The position numbers and the translations under genes are program-made. Below the pieces are notes generated by a model that did not search any database, had not been told where the DNA came from, and saw only the letters and a list, made by a program, of their open reading frames with translations. Below, one piece after another: positions 41,201 to 64,000 of a stretch of 64,000 nt of DNA; positions within the stretch are counted from its first letter, which is position 1; each line of letters starts with the position of its first letter. The DNA comes from Hormiphora californensis (taxonomy: Eukaryota; Animalia; Ctenophora), in the NCBI GenBank assembly GCA_020137815.1, contig CM035352.1, positions 1,302,001 through 1,366,000 of the forward strand, in the 5' to 3' direction.

Positions 41201-44200
41201 GATCACCAGTACAGGTGACATTGGGAGAAGGGAACCGACATACCGCACAGTTTAATGATTCAGACCGGGTCTACGATCTATCTTCAGAGAGTGAGGTGAG
41301 ACACCACTTTTTTTCAATTTTTCACTTGTTTCAATGTCTCTTTGAAATGCGACACATATTACATACATTTTCTATTTCTCCCTGGGAGGGAATCAAAGGG
41401 GCATGTCGATTTACAACAACTCATTTCACCCTCCTAGTTGGTTCAACTGCGTAGTGAAGTGGAGGGTCGGATGAAGGCCGCAGTAAAGGGAGGTGAAACG
41501 ATTTCAGCGGAGACAATCTCAATGACAGTCAAGGGACCTGGTCTGCATCGAATGGTGCTGGTAGACCTACCTGGAATTATTAGCGTAAGTGGAAATTATA
41601 CTTCCCAACATTCCAACTACTTACTGCAACTAGACAATCTCTATCTTGTCCAGCCAATTCTTCACTTACAACTCGATGTGTGTGGTTATCAATTCTCTTT
41701 ATAATTCTCTCCAGACGGAGACGGCAGGAATGAGACCTCGGACCAAGGAAGCCCTCCATGAGATGTGCAGCAGTTTTATGAGGAATCCTAATGCTATAAT
41801 ACTGTGTGTACAAGATGGAAGTATAGATGCAGAGAGGAGTAACATCACCAACCTAGTTCAGGTTGGTGGGTTCCTAATATATGATATATGGGGACATATC
41901 TCTTATCATATTTCTCACTTCAAGATGAGACAAGTTTCGAAAAAGATGTACTTCTATCTAGGGGCATTTTCATAACGACCCCCCTCCCCTAGGCTCACGA
42001 CCCCAAGGGAAAAAGGACGATATTCGTATTGACTAAGGTGGACCTAGCTGAGAAGAATATGGCCAACCCAACCCGAGTTAAAAAGATTCTGGAGGGGAAG
42101 TTGTTTCCTATGAAGGCGCTGGGATATTTTGCTGTTGTAACTGGACGGGGACCAAATGAGGATAGTATTGATACTATCAGAGCATACGAAGAGGACTTTT
42201 TCAGCCGATCTAAACTGTTCAGGTAAGTTATTAGTGATGGCAGTGAAATGTGATCAAATCTAAAGAGGTACATCCACTACTAAAGAAGAGAGAGAAAAGA
42301 AGACTGAGAAAGGAAGTTGAAGTATTGTACAAACTGTAACAAAGATGCCCTAAAGCATCATTATGTAATTGTGTATGTACATTGTACACGCTAGCTCTTA
42401 TTCTCTTTTTCTCTTGCATACAATAACAATACAAAAGTTCACAATTTGCACGGTATATCCTCCCCTCTCCCCGTTTAGATCCGGAGCTATGCGGGCTAGT
42501 CAGATGTCTACAAACAACCTCTCTCTCGCTGTTTCCGATTGTTTCTGGAAGATGGTTAGTGACTCGGTGGAACAGCAGTCCGACGTTTTTAAAGCCACCC
42601 GTTACAACTTGGAGGCAGAATGGCGAAACACTTTCCCCGGCATTCGAGAAATGGATAGGGTATGTTTTATTTACAGAGTGTTCGCATGTATCGTGGGTGG
42701 GTGTGTATATTTTTTGGAGTACCCTGCACTGCATGCAGTGACACATCTTGTCAGCCTGCGATTCAACAACTCAGAACTCGGTGTGCACATCAATTTTATA
42801 GGTTGGGAAAGTTAACGTAGGCCGCGAGGTCACGCCTTCAACATTACTCGCGCGATAAATCTTGGTAATTGCGCGCGCAAGCAGTTCAAGTACCCGACCA
42901 ACCGCTTCGACAGAGCTGATGAATGCAGCTGATGAGTCGGGATGTTTCTCTTCCGTATGTACTGTGTATCTGGTGGTAACACACGCCCTTCTCCCTTTCT
43001 CTCATACCACTCTCTAAATTACGTCACTAGAAGTTTACAACTGTGTATACAGTGTACTGATAATTATAAAGTTCGGGAGAGTCGGGACTCCTTTTGTTGA
43101 TACAATGGTCCCAATTTGCCATCTATTGTTCATGATTTATGGACATGCAAATAAATCAAGAAATCCGGATGTACTTTCTAAATTTGGAACTCTCCACGGA
43201 TACGTGCTGCGTGTATGATTTAAGAAAATTAACTTATACCTGTGTTGTTGAGACCCCTCTAACACACCACCTTTCTTCAGAACGATCTCTTCGAGAAAGC
43301 TAAAGATGAGATTCTGGACAAGATAGCAGCCCTACACAAGCTAACCCCCCTAGAATGGGAGACATTGATCCAGGAAGCACTATGGAGTGGGATCCAACAC
43401 AAGGTTGTAGATGAGATATATCTGGAGGCGGCTGAGTGTCATTCTGTATCTCACTTTAACACCAAGGTAAGGGTGGAAACTATCCCTTTTTATTTTCCAC
43501 ATTTGTATTTCATACGGGAGGGGGGGGGGGCAAACAAAAAAACATAGAGATAGGGAGTACCCCTTTTCAAGATCACTGTAATCATCACATAACACGTGTT
43601 CTAGGTCGACATAGCGCTGAAGGACTGGACAGATGATACTCTCCCCCGGATTTCAGTAGACGTTGGATGGCAGACACTATTCTCCCAGCTGACCAGTATC
43701 TTAATGAGCAAAAACAGTGAGGGTCGGGAATTCGGGGACCTGTTTCACCCTCTTAAACAGAACATTTTGGAGACAGTGAAGGAGCAGCACCACTGGCAGT
43801 ACAATGCCCTAGCTCGTCTGGTTAGTCGACCATCCCAGTATTATCAGGCCTCATCCCTGATCCCAGTCCCTTCTCTTCAGAAGAACACAAACACCACGGC
43901 TCTAACCCCATCCCTCTCTCACTGCCCTAACTATAACCCCTCCCTTTTTTAATATAACCCTCTCCCTACATATATCCCTCTACCCAGAGTGTGATCCAAA
44001 AGAACGCATTGGAGGACACGGCGGTAACTAACAAGATGCAGTGGGACAATTCTATCCTCTTTATGGAGAGGATTCTGAAGGAGAGGATAGACCTTGCTCA
44101 GGAGGATCTGGAGCAGTGTATTGGACCGGGATGGAGGGAACGGTGGACAGGGTGGAGAAGCAGGTTAGTCACACTTGTTATATGGGGCACGGAGACAGAG

Positions 44201-45388
44201 GGTCGAATGAGGCAACTAGCAGGGATAGTAGAATCAACCGTTGTTAGGTCTGGGGTACCCTTGGTCTTGTCTAACACAGTTCCAATGTTCAGGTCACCCC
44301 TGGAGGTGCAGTGTGTTGCAGCCAAGAACGAGTTACAGAAGTTGCTCCTGGCAGATGACCAACACGGGAAACACTTGGAAAATGATGAACTAACGACCGT
44401 CAGGAGAAACCTCCAGACTCAGGGCGTTGATGTACCGTATGAGAGTGTGAGTTGCATTTCAGAATGTTGTAACCATACTACAGTGGTTACCATAGAGACG
44501 TCTGTCCTACAACAAGCAACCTTGAAAACTGTCATTTCTCTAACTAAACCAAGTTTTATCTTTAGATTTGTAAAGTGTGGGAAAAGTTGTACAAGTTGAC
44601 CTTTCTAAACAGGGCGCTGACAAGCGCTCAGCAGTGCAGGAAAGCATTCTATCATCGCAACATAGGTAACACAGCTTAGGTCAATTAAATCAATCACACT
44701 CTGAATTGTGGGCGAATAAAAGTTTCACGTCAGATTCACTAGTAATCACTCAACAAGCTGTCTCCATCCCCCCCCCATACAGCGTGTAATGCAGTTGAGT
44801 GCAATGATGTGGTGCTCTTCTGGAGAGCCAACAAAATGCTGGAGATGACATCCAACGCTCTTCGCCTACAGATAATGAATACTGAAGGTAAGAAACGGAA
44901 ACGTCAAGCACCTTGCTGCTTTCTACCGTTCCTCAGTACTTTTTGATTTATGAGTTATAACCATAGCAAACAATGGTATCCCTGGCATTTAACCCCTCCT
45001 ACTCCCCTGCAGCACAACGTCTTGAGAAGGAGGTAAAGCAATATTTAGAGGACCTCTCCCACGACGAGGATAAGAAGAAGAGCCTGATAAAAGGAAAGAG
45101 GGTTGAACTAGCTGAAGAACTCCGTAAGTCAACCAATTGTACAGCTGTCGGTTGATGGAGCTTCAAGGCGTTATGACAAATAACGGGACCTGTACCCTCC
45201 TAGAGTTCATTTGTCTAGACGAGTTGTTCTAGTTCTACCATGCACCCTTCCCACTCCCACCCCCCCCCCCCCACGTGATCTAAATGTTATCCTAAAACAT
45301 GTTACTCTCCCTCTAAACAGGAAAGGTCCGGGGAATTCAAGACAAACTAGATGCGTTCATTGAGGAACTGAAGAAGGATCATCAGTAG
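38273..45388 (+). CDS. OPA1: Dynamin-like mitochondrial inner-membrane fusion GTPase OPA1 (5' exons less certain)
   Basis: Presequence-like [12 protein letters not shown]; [53 protein letters not shown]; [11 protein letters not shown]; [19 protein letters not shown]; TKVDLAE; [14 protein letters not shown]; [10 protein letters not shown]; ends [21 protein letters not shown]. More than 25 GT-AG exons. Confidence 0.95.
40787..40888 (+). repeat. Triplicated 34-bp unit: OPA1 splice acceptor plus first 17 nt of the exon
   Basis: TAACTCCTCCCCCTAG|AAATCTATAATT(G/C)ACAT x3; AGs end at 40803, 40837 and 40871; only the third continues as [10 protein letters not shown]. Confidence 0.92.
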
Positions 45389-46261
45389 ATTGTGTGACGT
45401 CACATGATGATAACCCCCCCCCCCCCCCCCCCCCATTGTGTTGAGAAAAGGAACCGTTGTGCCATATAAACTGAGTTTATAAAACTCCTATAAAGTATAA
45501 AACGGTTGAAAATTATTAGTTTTGACACGTTATTCTTTTTGCTATGCTGTGGACCAATTGCGTTAACGTGACTATCTAACTTAAGGTGTTTGGTATGAAA
45601 AGTATATTTGATTTGTGAAGATAAGACCTAAGTTAATGAACTATAATTTACAATTGAAGCCAATATAATCGATCTAGTCTACTGTAGACTCTACATGTGC
45701 AAGCTTATAATTAGTGACTCGTTATGCACTGTCATTTGAGCTCCTCCGGTATATATTTTTGTAATGTTTTGAGTTTGAGAGAGCCGTTTTATACATTTTG
45801 AAAATTAATTGTCATTTCTTCTTTTCTAAATCGCTGAAACTAGCCGCCCAATCAAACGCGCGAAAATTTAGAGAATAAACTGCAAGTTATGGCACGCGCT
45901 TTGTATTGACCAACGCGCCGCGCACGAGTAATCCAATCTAAAAAAAGTTTATTTCGCAGCTTTATACTTTTTTGTGCCATTTTTTTCAAATTTAAAATTT
46001 TGACTTTAAGTTTTGACCGTTCTAAAGGATCTCCTGACCGTTGTTGACGCTCCCTCTCTTATCTACCAAAATTGCCAATTGGCCTCCATACTTCCATATT
46101 TTAAAGGTCGGAATTCTCAAACTGTTCGCCCACCCTTGGGCCTTGACCCCTTGCCTTACCCCATGTGAATTGTCCGATTTATATTTTTGCGTGTCGAAAC
46201 TTCGATTTAAACATAAATCACCTTGTTAGCAAGAAGCCATGTAGTTAATCGACCCTGTGTT

Positions 46262-64000
<17,739 letters not shown>

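Overview
Eukaryotic, intron-rich animal DNA, most likely a ctenophore. The dispersed repeats that translate as '[19 protein letters not shown]' and 'LQSDPDLPGPDLPEPRFTG' look like Pleurobrachia repeats from memory; this was not checked. By hand-splicing I find seven spliced genes: (1) the 3' part of a PITPNM/Nir2/RdgB-alpha gene (+), (2) a class A GPCR nested antisense in one of its introns, (3) an AGPAT3/4-like acyltransferase (+), (4) a GPx4-like selenoprotein (-) with an in-frame Sec TGA and a type II SECIS, (5) OPA1 (+), (6) an FMNL-like formin (+, runs off the window), and (7) a cathepsin L-like protease with two ShKT domains nested antisense in a formin intron. There are many non-autonomous TIR/foldback DNA elements, some nested. 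The most striking pattern is that three unrelated genes (GPx, OPA1, formin) carry tandem arrays whose unit is a 3' splice site plus the first bases of the following exon. In GPx there are 28 copies, stopping exactly before the Sec codon, and only the last acceptor gives an intact protein. Other highlights are a T-shaped double hairpin followed by about 20 DnaA-box-like iterated motifs inside a transposon, a Merlin-like element carrying an AT-hook/zinc-knuckle ORF, and a candidate CaaX-terminated short PITPNM isoform. All exon structures are manual predictions without RNA evidence.
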